Assembly (NCBI GenBank): GCA_963674865.2
Contig: CAXXYE010000004.1
Span: forward strand, 672,001 to 736,000
Direction: 5' to 3'
Source: Candidatus Hydrogenedentota bacterium
GTDB lineage: Bacteria; Hydrogenedentota; Hydrogenedentia; Hydrogenedentales; SLHB01
Length of the DNA stretch: 64,000 nt
Below, piece after piece: positions 28,483 to 37,962 of the stretch (position 1 is its first letter; every line of letters starts with the position of its first letter). The notes beneath the pieces are model-generated. The model worked only from the letters and a program-made list of their open reading frames with translations, did not search any database and was not told the DNA's origin. The translations under genes and the position numbers were made by a program.

Positions 28483-29607
28483 CTACCGGGAAGATTCCCG
28501 GCACGCATCGACCACAAGCCTGGTTTCCTCCATCGTCCGATTCGGATAGGCCGTCACGTTCAGGATGAAATGATCCCACGGCTTCGCCTCGCCGATCATC
28601 TGCCGGATGCTTGCGCGCACGGCGGCGAGGTCGTCCATCGGCCCGGCCAGTTGCTGGACGCCGGCAATGATGGTGATGCGCCCACCCAACGCCTTCCGCC
28701 CTTCCGCCACCGTAACGTCGCCGAGCGGCGGAATGGTGAAGGCATGCACCGCATCCATCGTCGTGCGGCGATAGAGCGGTAAAAGGTCGCGAATCAGCCC
28801 GCAGGAATGGTGAAAGTACAGCTTTCCGGCCCCATGCGCCCGCGCGGCGCGCACATCAGTGAGATTGAGGTTGTAAGACTCAAACATGGCCGGCGAGATG
28901 GCTGTCGTCGAGGTGTCGTCAACGCTTACCACCGCGTCAATGTCGGACTGCACACCGACGGCTAGGCGTTTCAGATAGTTGGCCTCCATCACGGCAAAGC
29001 AGTCCCGCAGCGCATCCGGCGCGTCCGCCCAGAGATACGTCAACGCCGCCACGCCCGAATAGATGCGGTACATCATCCCCAGCGGCGTGCCGGCCATGGC
29101 GCCGAGAAGCATCCCGTCATCGCCGATCAGTTCCCGCCGCTCGCGCGTGCGCGCGATGGCATCGGTGTCCTGCTCTATGACCTCGTCTTCAAAGATGGAG
29201 GCCAACGCGGCCAAATCGCGCGGCCCCTTCACCAGGTGCTCCGTCCAATTGCTGGACACGGCGCCATTGCCTTCCCGGCAGACTCGGATCACCTCGCTCA
29301 AGTCGCCTTTCGGCGTATGCCAGATGCGCGTGTTGACATCCCCCTTGGTAACCTCCTCGACCTCAACTCTTCGCCGCGTGATGCGCGCCGGCAGTCCGTA
29401 CCAGTCCATAATGTCGAGTCCGAGATACCGCGAGAACACCACGGTGGCTTCGTCATTCCAGTGCACCTCGCCGAGCGCAGCGGCTAGTTCCGGATCCATC
29501 CCGTCGCGATTCGGCTGGTTGTACGGATCGCAGTGGCCGACCACGGGAACCCAGTCCGGCGTCTCATGCCGAAAGACACGCAGCAGATTCTCTCGTCGGC
29601 TAATCAT
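28483..29607 (-). CDS. Uroporphyrinogen decarboxylase (URO-D/MtaA) family protein
   Basis: SRRENLLRVFRHETPDWVPV, TPKGDL, ISPAMF, HHSCG. Confidence 0.85.
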   Translation of the reverse strand: MISRRENLLRVFRHETPDWVPVVGHCDPYNQPNRDGMDPELAAALGEVHWNDEATVVFSRYLGLDIMDWYGLPARITRRRVEVEEVTKGDVNTRIWHTPKGDLSEVIRVCREGNGAVSSNWTEHLVKGPRDLAALASIFEDEVIEQDTDAIARTRERRELIGDDGMLLGAMAGTPLGMMYRIYSGVAALTYLWADAPDALRDCFAVMEANYLKRLAVGVQSDIDAVVSVDDTSTTAISPAMFESYNLNLTDVRAARAHGAGKLYFHHSCGLIRDLLPLYRRTTMDAVHAFTIPPLGDVTVAEGRKALGGRITIIAGVQQLAGPMDDLAAVRASIRQMIGEAKPWDHFILNVTAYPNRTMEETRLVVDACRESSR

Positions 29608-29689
29608 GGACTCAGAGCTTTCCCTACATCCAACGCCAGGCACCCACCGCAGCAGCCACGAAGACGGGACGCGCCCTTGTTCGCCCTCC

Positions 29690-30649
29690 TCATTCCGTAC
29701 ACAGGGAGATCAGATCATCGACATGTGCTGTCGCAAGACACTCCACGGTATCCGCGGCGCCATAGTAGATCTTCACCTCGCCGCTGTCCTCCAGTATCAA
29801 TCCGCCCGGGAACAGTACGCTGCCGCGGAATCCTTCCAGTTCATACGGCTCCTCGGGGACCATGAGGGGCTCGCCATACATCCCCTTGACAACCCACGGC
29901 CTTTCGAGGTCGAGCAGCATGAGGCCGATGGTATACGTCTTGAACCAGTTCCGATGCCACGCGGGCAATTCCTTGGTGTCGTCGATGGCGACAGCATGAA
30001 AGAGGGTGAGCCAACCTGCCGGCGTCTTGACGGGCGGGGCGCCTGGCCCGATCTTGGCATTGGCCCACGGAACCTGCTCGCAGCCGAGGACAAGCCGCGT
30101 ATTCCCCCAATAGACGCCATCAGGCGACTCCGAGAACCAGAGGTCGAAGCTTTCCCGCGCGCGCCGCCCATAGCTCGAGAAGGGCCTCTCCAGGCGCATC
30201 GACTTCCCGCCGCGCCTTTCCGGGAAGAGCACCATATTCCGGTTGTCGGGGGCCGACAGACTCAGGACTTCCCATGTGTCGAAATCATCCGTCACGGCGA
30301 TGCCGCCGCGGACGCCGTGGTGCGTGTCCACCGCGAAGCATAGGTAGCAGCGGCCATCGATCACCGTGATCCTCGGATCGTAGGCCCGCTTGACCTCATC
30401 ATCCTTCCACTCGATCCACGGCTTCGGCTGCGCCTGCCAGGAGACGCCGTCATCGGAGAAGGCCACACCTACATTTGTGCCCTCGAAATGCGCACTGCCC
30501 GGCTTGCCGCCATAGTCATTGCGGAACGCCATCACGTACTTGCCCTGGTACTTGGCCACGCCCGCGTTGAACACCAGCGTCGCCGGATAGGGGATATCCG
30601 ACGCGCTGAGAATAGGATTGCCCGGATACCTCTTGATCACGCTATTCAT
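29690..30649 (-). CDS. GH130 beta-mannoside phosphorylase/glycosidase
   Basis: RYPGNPIL, VFNAG, YDPRIT, NRNMVLFPE, KIGPGAPPVKT, YYGAADT. Confidence 0.93.
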   Translation of the reverse strand: MNSVIKRYPGNPILSASDIPYPATLVFNAGVAKYQGKYVMAFRNDYGGKPGSAHFEGTNVGVAFSDDGVSWQAQPKPWIEWKDDEVKRAYDPRITVIDGRCYLCFAVDTHHGVRGGIAVTDDFDTWEVLSLSAPDNRNMVLFPERRGGKSMRLERPFSSYGRRARESFDLWFSESPDGVYWGNTRLVLGCEQVPWANAKIGPGAPPVKTPAGWLTLFHAVAIDDTKELPAWHRNWFKTYTIGLMLLDLERPWVVKGMYGEPLMVPEEPYELEGFRGSVLFPGGLILEDSGEVKIYYGAADTVECLATAHVDDLISLCTE

Positions 30650-30677
30650 GCTTGTCCTCAGCCTTGCCTACCCCGCA

Positions 30678-31202
30678 TCACACTTCATGCGCCGATTCCG
30701 CCCGGCCTTCCACTATACGGCCCAACTCCGACTTGATATAGGGAATGTCCTTCCTGCCTATCGCCTTGCCGGCCTGGAGAAAGACAAGGCCCCCGGCAAG
30801 CATTCCGACACTGGGGAGGGCAAAGGCAAGCAGGATGAGTCCTCCCTTGCCCCCTGCGGCCGTGAGGACTCCTGCAAGCCCCACGACAATCAAAAAACCA
30901 AACCAGAGAGCCATGAAGGCTCTGATCAGTCGGCCCATCCTGAAGTTGCCTTCGACGACAGTGTGCCCATCCGCGACTCGGATCGAGCCGCAGAAACAAG
31001 GAGCGAACGAATTGCCGACGAAAGGCCGAAGGCGCCAGAGCTTCAGTTGGGTGACAGTCACTTTTCCCGCGAGGCGCTCCTTCGTGAAGAAAGTGACGGC
31101 GCTCGTGCGCCTCGCGTCCTTCAGCTTTTCCTCGATCTCAGCCGGAGTCAAGGACGTGACGATTCGCAGCGTATCCTCATACGACATTAGCTTCTTGAAC
31201 AT
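30678..31202 (-). CDS. Hypothetical membrane protein
   Basis: Two C-terminal TM helices; NSFAPCFCGSI pattern. Confidence 0.65.
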   Translation of the reverse strand: MFKKLMSYEDTLRIVTSLTPAEIEEKLKDARRTSAVTFFTKERLAGKVTVTQLKLWRLRPFVGNSFAPCFCGSIRVADGHTVVEGNFRMGRLIRAFMALWFGFLIVVGLAGVLTAAGGKGGLILLAFALPSVGMLAGGLVFLQAGKAIGRKDIPYIKSELGRIVEGRAESAHEV

Positions 31203-31204
31203 CT

Positions 31205-32539
31205 TCAGCCCCCCTGCCCAGATGTGCCATTCCCTTGACTCCGCCCATCCAGGCCCAAATCCCCGAGGCCCACGGATGAGATCCAGATATCCTCCTTGCC
31301 CATCGAGTACAGCACGTAGAGACGGCCCTCGAACACCAGTCCACACGGATACTGGCCGCCGCCCCTGCCTCGCCCGCCGACATTCGGTACGCGGTGTTTC
31401 TGCACGCCCGTGCGCAACGCATACGCGCGCGTGAACAGGTAGCCATCCTCACTGACGGAAACCGTCAGCGGATCTCGCGGATAGTGCCTCACCTCGTCAG
31501 GATTGTCGAACTTCGGAGCGACGTGATTGCCGATCAGCAGAACCGTGCCGTCATCCAATACGACGGCATCCGACAGACTGGGCGAATCGGGAATATCCGT
31601 TGGCACGGCCGCCGGCCACGTCTCCCCATCATCCGACAGGCTGACGTACATCCGGTGCGAATACTCGTCGTCACGCAGCAGGCACACCCGCTTTCCGTCG
31701 CGGGCTCGGTAGTAAACCGGCTCGCATGGCCGCACCGAATCCACAGCCGTGCGCGCGCCCGCGGGGGAGCGCTCCTCCATGGCATCCTCCAGCGCTCTAG
31801 CTACACCGTCAAGCGCCTCATTGGGGGGAGCGAGCGCCTCCGTGAGCGGCTCACCGGCCATCAGTTCCCTCGTGTTCGGCAGGGCGAAGACGGGCCCAAG
31901 AGACAGGCCGCCACCCGAGGCGTCAACGGCTCGGGCAACCTTGCCGATGAATTCCCTCGCCTTGAACGGATGCTCTTCATCTCGGTGATCCTGCACCGAA
32001 CTGCGATCCGGATTGGCGAAGCCGACGCAGTCGCTCAACGCCATAATCCCATAGGCCCTGTCCTCATGGACGACCCAGCCCCCGGCGTAGCCATAAGGGC
32101 CCTTTCGCTGGAAGTCGTCAATCTCCCCGTAGCGTGGTAACAGCCGCTGCGGCTTCGTCCACGTCCTCCCGTCGCCGGAAACGGCGAAACGCACAAACTG
32201 GCCCGGCCCGTCCTCCCCGCGAGGGTGATTGGACCACATGGCGTAGAACATCCCATGGTGGACGATGAGCTTGGCATGGTGGCTATAGCCGCCGCTTTCC
32301 TCGGTGGCGTGGTATACCTCGACGTGCTCCGCGTTTTCCAGCACCGGATACCCCGCACCCAGCTTGCTTGGATCAGGCCGCGGACAGTCCCACATATGAA
32401 CGATAGGTGTGCCCTTGGCGTTCTTCCTGCCCGTCATCGGCAGTTCACCGCCGGCCGCTCTCAAAGGTAGCATCACACTCAACACTCCTACGGCCAGAAT
32501 GCATATCCTTCCCAAAGTCATTGCGCAACTCCCTATCAC
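31205..32539 (-). CDS. Secreted sialidase/BNR-repeat protein
   Basis: Signal peptide, Asp boxes SGDGRTW and SDDGETW, RDPLTVSVSEDG, QYP. Confidence 0.8.
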   Translation of the reverse strand: MIGSCAMTLGRICILAVGVLSVMLPLRAAGGELPMTGRKNAKGTPIVHMWDCPRPDPSKLGAGYPVLENAEHVEVYHATEESGGYSHHAKLIVHHGMFYAMWSNHPRGEDGPGQFVRFAVSGDGRTWTKPQRLLPRYGEIDDFQRKGPYGYAGGWVVHEDRAYGIMALSDCVGFANPDRSSVQDHRDEEHPFKAREFIGKVARAVDASGGGLSLGPVFALPNTRELMAGEPLTEALAPPNEALDGVARALEDAMEERSPAGARTAVDSVRPCEPVYYRARDGKRVCLLRDDEYSHRMYVSLSDDGETWPAAVPTDIPDSPSLSDAVVLDDGTVLLIGNHVAPKFDNPDEVRHYPRDPLTVSVSEDGYLFTRAYALRTGVQKHRVPNVGGRGRGGGQYPCGLVFEGRLYVLYSMGKEDIWISSVGLGDLGLDGRSQGNGTSGQGG

Positions 32540-32645
32540 CGTCCTTCAGCCGCAGTATAGCCCGCCCTTAAGCGCCGCTGGTAGGCGGGAGATGCCAATG
32601 TTCTGATGACGTTGCTTATCCGCAAACGAAGGAACGCCGAGAAGA

Positions 32646-32865
32646 AGCGAAAAACGGGGACTGACACAAGCGGAGCGAAGCGAAGACGTGTCTGTGGATC
32701 TGTTGAAAAAGTCGCATTCGCCCCAGAGGTTGAGCGAAACACCGGGACTGCCCCAAGCGGAGTCCGCCGTAGGCGGACGCAGACGGGACTGTCCCAGGTC
32801 CTTTCGCGGCCTGCGTCCGGCAACTCTGGACTTTTTCAACGGCCCCGCTGTCCCTGGTTTTCGCC
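32646..32865 (+). repeat. GGGACTG element interrupted by a MITE
   Basis: Left part GGGACTGACAC..GTGTCTGT ends at 32695; right part CTGTCCCTGGTTTTCGCC resumes at 32848. Confidence 0.75.
32696..32847. mobile_element. MITE-like element with GTTGAAAAAGTC terminal inverted repeats
   Basis: GTTGAAAAAGTC at 32702-32713 and GACTTTTTCAAC at 32829-32840; CTG(T) duplicated on both flanks; no ORF. Confidence 0.72.
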
Positions 32866-32906
32866 AGACTTCGGCGTCGCCGTCGTGACACCCCGCGTCA
32901 ACGTTG

Positions 32907-33605
32907 TTAGTGGGCGTGGCTCTCGCGCAAATGAGAAAGAACATCGCCCATCACCTGGTTGATCGATGCGTACTTCTCCGGCGTGGCGGATAGGATATCC
33001 TCCGGCGTCTGCACATATCGCGACGGCACAAGTTCATCACGACAGTTCGAGACGATGGCGCGCGCTGACTCCGGCGTGGTTTCCAGGTGAAACTGCAGAC
33101 CGATAACCGACGTACTGAGTTGAAAAGCCTGGTTCTCACACACGCTGCTTCTCGCAAGGCGGGCCGCTCCCGGCGGCAGATCGAACGTCTCCCCGTGCCA
33201 CTGGAACACCTCCAACGATGGCGGAAATCTGAAAACAGACTCGCTGCTGGATGGAACTCCGTGTACCGAAAACCACCCGATTTCCTTGACGCTGTTCCGG
33301 TATACACGCGCCCCCATCGCGCTGGCGATGAGTTGCGCGCCAAGACAGATACCGAGAACCGGCGTCCCATGCTCTATGCTCTCGCGGATGAACCGCTTCT
33401 CCACGCCCAGCCAAGGAAACGCGTCCTCGTCATTGACGCTCATCGGGCCACCCATGATCACCAAGAAATCGACCGCCTCCACCCTTGGCAACTCGGCCGA
33501 TTCATAGAACGGCGTGCAGCTTATCGTATAGCCGGCCTCCTGAAGCCACGCCTCGATGCTGCCAAGACCTTCAAACGGTACATGCTGCAAATAGTGTGCG
33601 CGCAT
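32907..33605 (-). CDS. Class I glutamine amidotransferase (GMP synthase-like)
   Basis: LQHVPFEGLG, MGGPMSVND, GICLGAQL, WHGETF, QFHLE. Confidence 0.93.
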   Translation of the reverse strand: MRAHYLQHVPFEGLGSIEAWLQEAGYTISCTPFYESAELPRVEAVDFLVIMGGPMSVNDEDAFPWLGVEKRFIRESIEHGTPVLGICLGAQLIASAMGARVYRNSVKEIGWFSVHGVPSSSESVFRFPPSLEVFQWHGETFDLPPGAARLARSSVCENQAFQLSTSVIGLQFHLETTPESARAIVSNCRDELVPSRYVQTPEDILSATPEKYASINQVMGDVLSHLRESHAH

Positions 33606-33618
33606 CGTGCCCCTTTTC

Positions 33619-33687
33619 GACAGGATGAACAAAGTTTGCCGGATTTCTCCGCTGAATCTTGTCAATCTTGTGAATCCTGTCCATTCC
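33619..33687. repeat. GACAGGAT...ATCCTGTC palindromic repeat, copy 1
   Basis: 69-bp element with a direct copy at 34897-34965. Confidence 0.75.
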
Positions 33688-33783
33688 TCCCAAGTGCGCC
33701 ATGCCGATACAAACCATCTTCGCTCCTGCTCGCCCGCGGCTGCAGACCTCGGATAGCTCCGGCCTCTTAAACACGCTCTGCAT

Positions 33784-34281
33784 TCATCCCAGGAATTCCG
33801 AAATGTCCTCTTTCGAGAACAGATCTTCGTTCATCCACATCAAGTGCTGAAAGGTATTGGAAATGACTTCCGTCAACACCGCTGCTGTACTATACCACTC
33901 TTCACTCAACTTCCTGTCTTCATGAATTGTGTCATCGCTGAAATCAGCGCCCGCCTTGGCAGCGGTTTGAGCGAGCACGAAGGCTTCGTCAAATGTGACG
34001 GAAAACTCGAGTTGGTGCGCCAGTCTATTGCGGAGTGAGTTCATAGCGAGGAGAATCTCCTGTTCACCATCGCCAATCCGGCCTGTAGCTCGAAGCAGTT
34101 TCACTCTTGTGAAAAAAGTCTGCCGGAGATCGGCAATGGCATCGGGACATATTACTGACCGCCGAATAATCTCATTGAGCAGGCCCTCGAGAAGCAAGTG
34201 ACCGCGAAGAACCACATGGAGTTCTTCCGAAGCGGATTCATCAAAGAGCCTGAAGATTCTCGGTTTGCGTGGCTGACTCAT
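33784..34281 (-). CDS. Hypothetical protein with HEPN/MtlR-like RxxxxH motif
   Basis: LRGHLLLE and LRNRLAH; lower GC than flanks. Confidence 0.7.
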   Translation of the reverse strand: MSQPRKPRIFRLFDESASEELHVVLRGHLLLEGLLNEIIRRSVICPDAIADLRQTFFTRVKLLRATGRIGDGEQEILLAMNSLRNRLAHQLEFSVTFDEAFVLAQTAAKAGADFSDDTIHEDRKLSEEWYSTAAVLTEVISNTFQHLMWMNEDLFSKEDISEFLG

Positions 34282-34360
34282 CTAATCTCCATCTCGTCTG
34301 CCGAATGGCGAGCACTGGCAATCGCATCTCCCTCACCAACCCGCTTTATCCCGCCCGGCG

Positions 34361-34825
34361 TTAAGGTTGAGCCGGGGCCTCACCGTCAGGCTGAGTCAGC
34401 AGCGCCGCGGCTCCTTCGTCATCTTGCGGAATGGGACACGTGCCGTTCAATTCGCACGACGTTTTCGGACGCGGCGTGAGCGCTTCCATAATGGGGCGTA
34501 TTGCCGGTGGCACGCCTGATTCCACGCCCTCATAAAACCGCGCCACCGCCCAGAGCGCTGCGTTGTACTCCGACTCTGTCATGTGACGGCGATACATGGA
34601 GTCAAGTTGTTGCACAAAGCCGGGGATAGCTTTGGCCTTTCTTCTCAGCACCGCTTCGGCCCTTCCGGCCTGGATCTCGTAAGCATCAACCGCCATCTCA
34701 AGCACGCTCGCAGCGGTGAAACGCGCCGTCATCTTCTGCCACAGGATGGACGCACCGATGGCGCCCACAATCATTCCTATCACCAAGAACAGAACGGCCA
34801 CCAGCAGTCTCTTGATCCACTTCAT
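34361..34825 (-). CDS. Hypothetical membrane-anchored protein
   Basis: N-terminal TM, purine-rich RBS. Confidence 0.65.
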   Translation of the reverse strand: MKWIKRLLVAVLFLVIGMIVGAIGASILWQKMTARFTAASVLEMAVDAYEIQAGRAEAVLRRKAKAIPGFVQQLDSMYRRHMTESEYNAALWAVARFYEGVESGVPPAIRPIMEALTPRPKTSCELNGTCPIPQDDEGAAALLTQPDGEAPAQP

Positions 34826-34896
34826 CGCTTCTTCCCTTCCGCGCCAAACGGCTTATGCTTGATGAGAACACGCATTCCGCACAAGGCCCCCTTCTT

Positions 34897-34965
34897 GACA
34901 GGATGAACACGATTCGCAGGATCTCTACACTAAATCTTATCAATCCTGTTCATCCTGTCCATTCC
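34897..34965. repeat. GACAGGAT...ATCCTGTC palindromic repeat, copy 2
   Basis: GACAGGATGAACA...TGTTCATCCTGTC 13-bp inverted arms. Confidence 0.75.
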
Positions 34966-35066
34966 CCGCTCCAACGTTCCCTTTCGCCGGCCGGCTGCGG
35001 TCATCGCGGCGATCTCGTCTAACTGCAAAGGCCACGCCGCGTCATAAGGTTGTACAAGCATCGTTG

Positions 35067-35813
35067 TCACGTATTCGCTTTCTTCTTCAAAATGTAGACG
35101 ATGAAGTTCGGGACGCGCATTTCATCCTCCAGATCCGGCCATTCGACGGCCTGCTCTTCCGTCACGGTAGGCTCCACCAGGCCCGCCAGCTCGAATCCGG
35201 CCTCAAGGAAGTCATTCACATACGTGGCCAAAGACCTGTGGAAATTGGTGAACTCCATGCCCTTCATCGTCCAGCGCCGCTCACTTTCATCGAAATAGCG
35301 ATCCAGAATGACGTGCTCTTTCTCCCCGCTTGCCGTCCTCCGCCAACCGCCCACGGCGGATCGCATCGGATGAATATTGGCGACAACAAACCGCCCCCCG
35401 GCCCTCAGCACGCGAGCCACTTCCCTGTTACTCGCCTTGAAATCCGGCAGATCGCACTGATTCAGATACGACACGGCAAGATCGAAAACGCCGTCATCAA
35501 GAAAGCCGAGATCCTGCACGTCCGCAATCCGGTATTCATCGCGCCCCGACTGCAATTCCTTGGCGGCCTGTATCATCGGCGCACAGAGATCGAGTCCGAG
35601 CACATATTCCGCCCCGCGCTCGACAAGCATCCGGCAAAACCGCCCCTCCCCGCATCCGCAGTCAAGGACCCGCAGGCCTGCTACCTCACCACACGCCTCC
35701 AACATGGGCCTGTCAAGCAGCCCCGCCCGGTTCAGGTCGGCGCCGCCTCTGACATCCCGGATCCACGCCGCCGCAAGCTCCTCCCACTCACGCTTCAGAC
35801 TGTCTGGCTCCAT
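35067..35813 (-). CDS. Class I SAM-dependent methyltransferase
   Basis: VLDCGCGEG, FDLAVS, RVLRAGG, FHRSL. Confidence 0.9.
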   Translation of the reverse strand: MEPDSLKREWEELAAAWIRDVRGGADLNRAGLLDRPMLEACGEVAGLRVLDCGCGEGRFCRMLVERGAEYVLGLDLCAPMIQAAKELQSGRDEYRIADVQDLGFLDDGVFDLAVSYLNQCDLPDFKASNREVARVLRAGGRFVVANIHPMRSAVGGWRRTASGEKEHVILDRYFDESERRWTMKGMEFTNFHRSLATYVNDFLEAGFELAGLVEPTVTEEQAVEWPDLEDEMRVPNFIVYILKKKANT

Positions 35814-35948
35814 TTGCTCATCGTCCCGAATGGTTTTCGGCTCAGCGGTTGCCGGCCTCCTACATACGTTTGTCAGGCGCTCAGGATCTTCTCGCGGACC
35901 TCGATTCACTCGTCGAGCGTCGCCGCGCAATCAACTCCGGCGCAGCCG

Positions 35949-36482
35949 CTAGTGTGGCGCGGCTTCATCTGTCACGACCGGCCACGCGGGAGCCGGCCGG
36001 CCAAACAAAACCCACGCAATGTAGTCGACCAGGGACGGCGTCCCTCCAAGCTCACGCAGCCGTGCATTCACCTGCCCTCGATGGTAAAGACTGTGAAGGC
36101 AGACCTGCATCGCCGTCTCACCGAGCGTCGTCGGCGCGGGGGCACGGCCAAGCAGGCGCTCCATCCTCTGCGCCCACGCTACGGGCACGGCCTCGCGCGC
36201 CTGCGCGTCTGTAAGCGCCTCGAGATATCCCCTGGCTTGCCCGTAATACGTCTTGGCCCACTCGCACAGCGCTGGCGTGTCGTCGAAATGGGGATACGGT
36301 GCGTCTAGCGATTCACCCCGCCATGTGCGCAGGTAGGCGCGCTGCGCAACGTGCAAGTGATGCAGGATGTCGCGAAGCCTGCCGTCTTGGCAAGCCTGGC
36401 CACAGTTGAGAACCGAGGTCCACACTTCCGCATCGGCCCACGCCATGTGATTATACAGATCTAACAGCGTCTCGACGTTCAT
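35949..36482 (-). CDS. DinB family protein
   Basis: HMAWAD, ILHHL, HSLYHRGQ. Confidence 0.88.
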   Translation of the reverse strand: MNVETLLDLYNHMAWADAEVWTSVLNCGQACQDGRLRDILHHLHVAQRAYLRTWRGESLDAPYPHFDDTPALCEWAKTYYGQARGYLEALTDAQAREAVPVAWAQRMERLLGRAPAPTTLGETAMQVCLHSLYHRGQVNARLRELGGTPSLVDYIAWVLFGRPAPAWPVVTDEAAPH

Positions 36483-36601
36483 AGCGAATACCTCCACTGG
36501 CTATCCCGCGAATCTACTTACAAGCTCGACACGCGCCTCTTGGGGACGGCTTCGCAGCGATGTAGTTATGCTAATTGCAGAGAACCCACCAATCTATGCG
36601 G

Positions 36602-36876
36602 CCCCGGGAGGGACGCGGTCCTCCGCGTCCATAGTCACGCACAACGACGCACCCTCAATCCAACGGCCACATCCCGGCCCTGAAAGGGCCGTGCATACCA
36701 GCCCGGGGCAACGTCCCGGGAAACCGTCACCCCGACGACACCAGCCCATACAAGGGGCGTGACAACCCGCTACACCCCGAACAGCCCGCCTTGGCGGGCG
36801 GCATGTTCTAGCCCACGGCGCAAGCCGTGGGAACGCCAGTGCCACCAAAGCACAGCCTCGCCAGAGGCGACATATC
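36602..36876 (+). repeat. Cluster of REP-like hairpins
   Basis: GGACGCGG/CCGCGTCC, GGCCCTGAAAGGGCC, CCCGGGGCAACGTCCCGGG and a third copy of the AGCCCGCC..CCGTGGG..GAGGCGACATA element (36783-36873). Confidence 0.75.
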
Positions 36877-37153
36877 GTCACGCCCTCTTCCTCGATTGCA
36901 GACGATGTTGGAGAGATGTCCCGCCTCGGCACGCATACTCTAGCGCTTCCGTGCCGCCGCTCCGAGCGGCTCAAAACACCGCCCGCGGCAAAGTGTCCCA
37001 TCGAAATCGAAGATGACGCTATTGATATGTGCCGAATCCACTACCGATAACTCAGGTTCCCCGTTTTTCGCGGTAAGTCTAACCAACGGATTTCCTGCAT
37101 CGTACCGCGAGTGGCGCAAACCACCTGCAAGCCTTCGACCTGGAGAATTACTG

Positions 37154-37396
37154 CTACTCGCCTGGCGACCTCACAGCATCCTTGTGGATTCGGCGTGCTC
37201 CGATGACTGCCCCTGTCAGTCCCGCAAGAAGGGATAACCCAGTGCCAACCGTCAACAGGACTAGTGGCCCTGTCGCTCGACCTAAGACAAGGAGTACGGA
37301 GCATCCACCGAAACACACTGCGTTGACGCAGAGCAGCGTCAGCCTCAATGGAGATAGGTACGCTCGCCGGCATGACATGTCGTTCTGAATTGCCAT
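37154..37396 (-). CDS. Small hypothetical membrane protein
   Basis: 80 aa, two hydrophobic segments. Confidence 0.35.
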   Translation of the reverse strand: MAIQNDMSCRRAYLSPLRLTLLCVNAVCFGGCSVLLVLGRATGPLVLLTVGTGLSLLAGLTGAVIGARRIHKDAVRSPGE

Positions 37397-37962
37397 GACC
37401 ACATCCCTGAACAACAGTTGGACCTTCTGCACAACGCGGCAGACGCAAGCCGCTCTCGCATCTGGCGGCCGTTCACCTCCCCGCATCCTGAGTGGGCGCC
37501 TCAATCCCTCTGGCTCCGCCCCCGAGGCCAGTGAGCCAAAAGCGCGGCTCCCTCGAGTGCCCTATGTGATCAATATATCACGGAGCCCGTGGGGGAGCAA
37601 CGCCACTCCTTGCCATACATGCGAAGAAGAGAAGGCACGGATAGACGCCAATAAACTCAGAAACGTGATGAAGATTGTCCGTGATAGCACGACCGCCTAC
37701 AGATCCAGCGTCCCTACGTCAGATGATGATATGCTGGCAGACCCGCCACGCGGCAGCCTCTACGGCTTGGCATCGTAGCCTAAGCTACGCGGCTCAGACC
37801 CGCGCGCCTAAAATGGACGCCTCACGCGAAGCCGCTAGAAATGCCAGATTCAGTCAGGCCGCCTTCAAACCAGTCCCACCGTCAAAAAGATGCGCGGCGG
37901 CGCGTCAAACGTGTATCCTTGCCCCTTAAGTCTTCCCCGCATAGAAGGATCCAAGGATTGCT

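Noticed and set aside
37395..37929. ORFs upstream of gltX
   Set aside because: No motifs and atypical composition; probably decayed sequence
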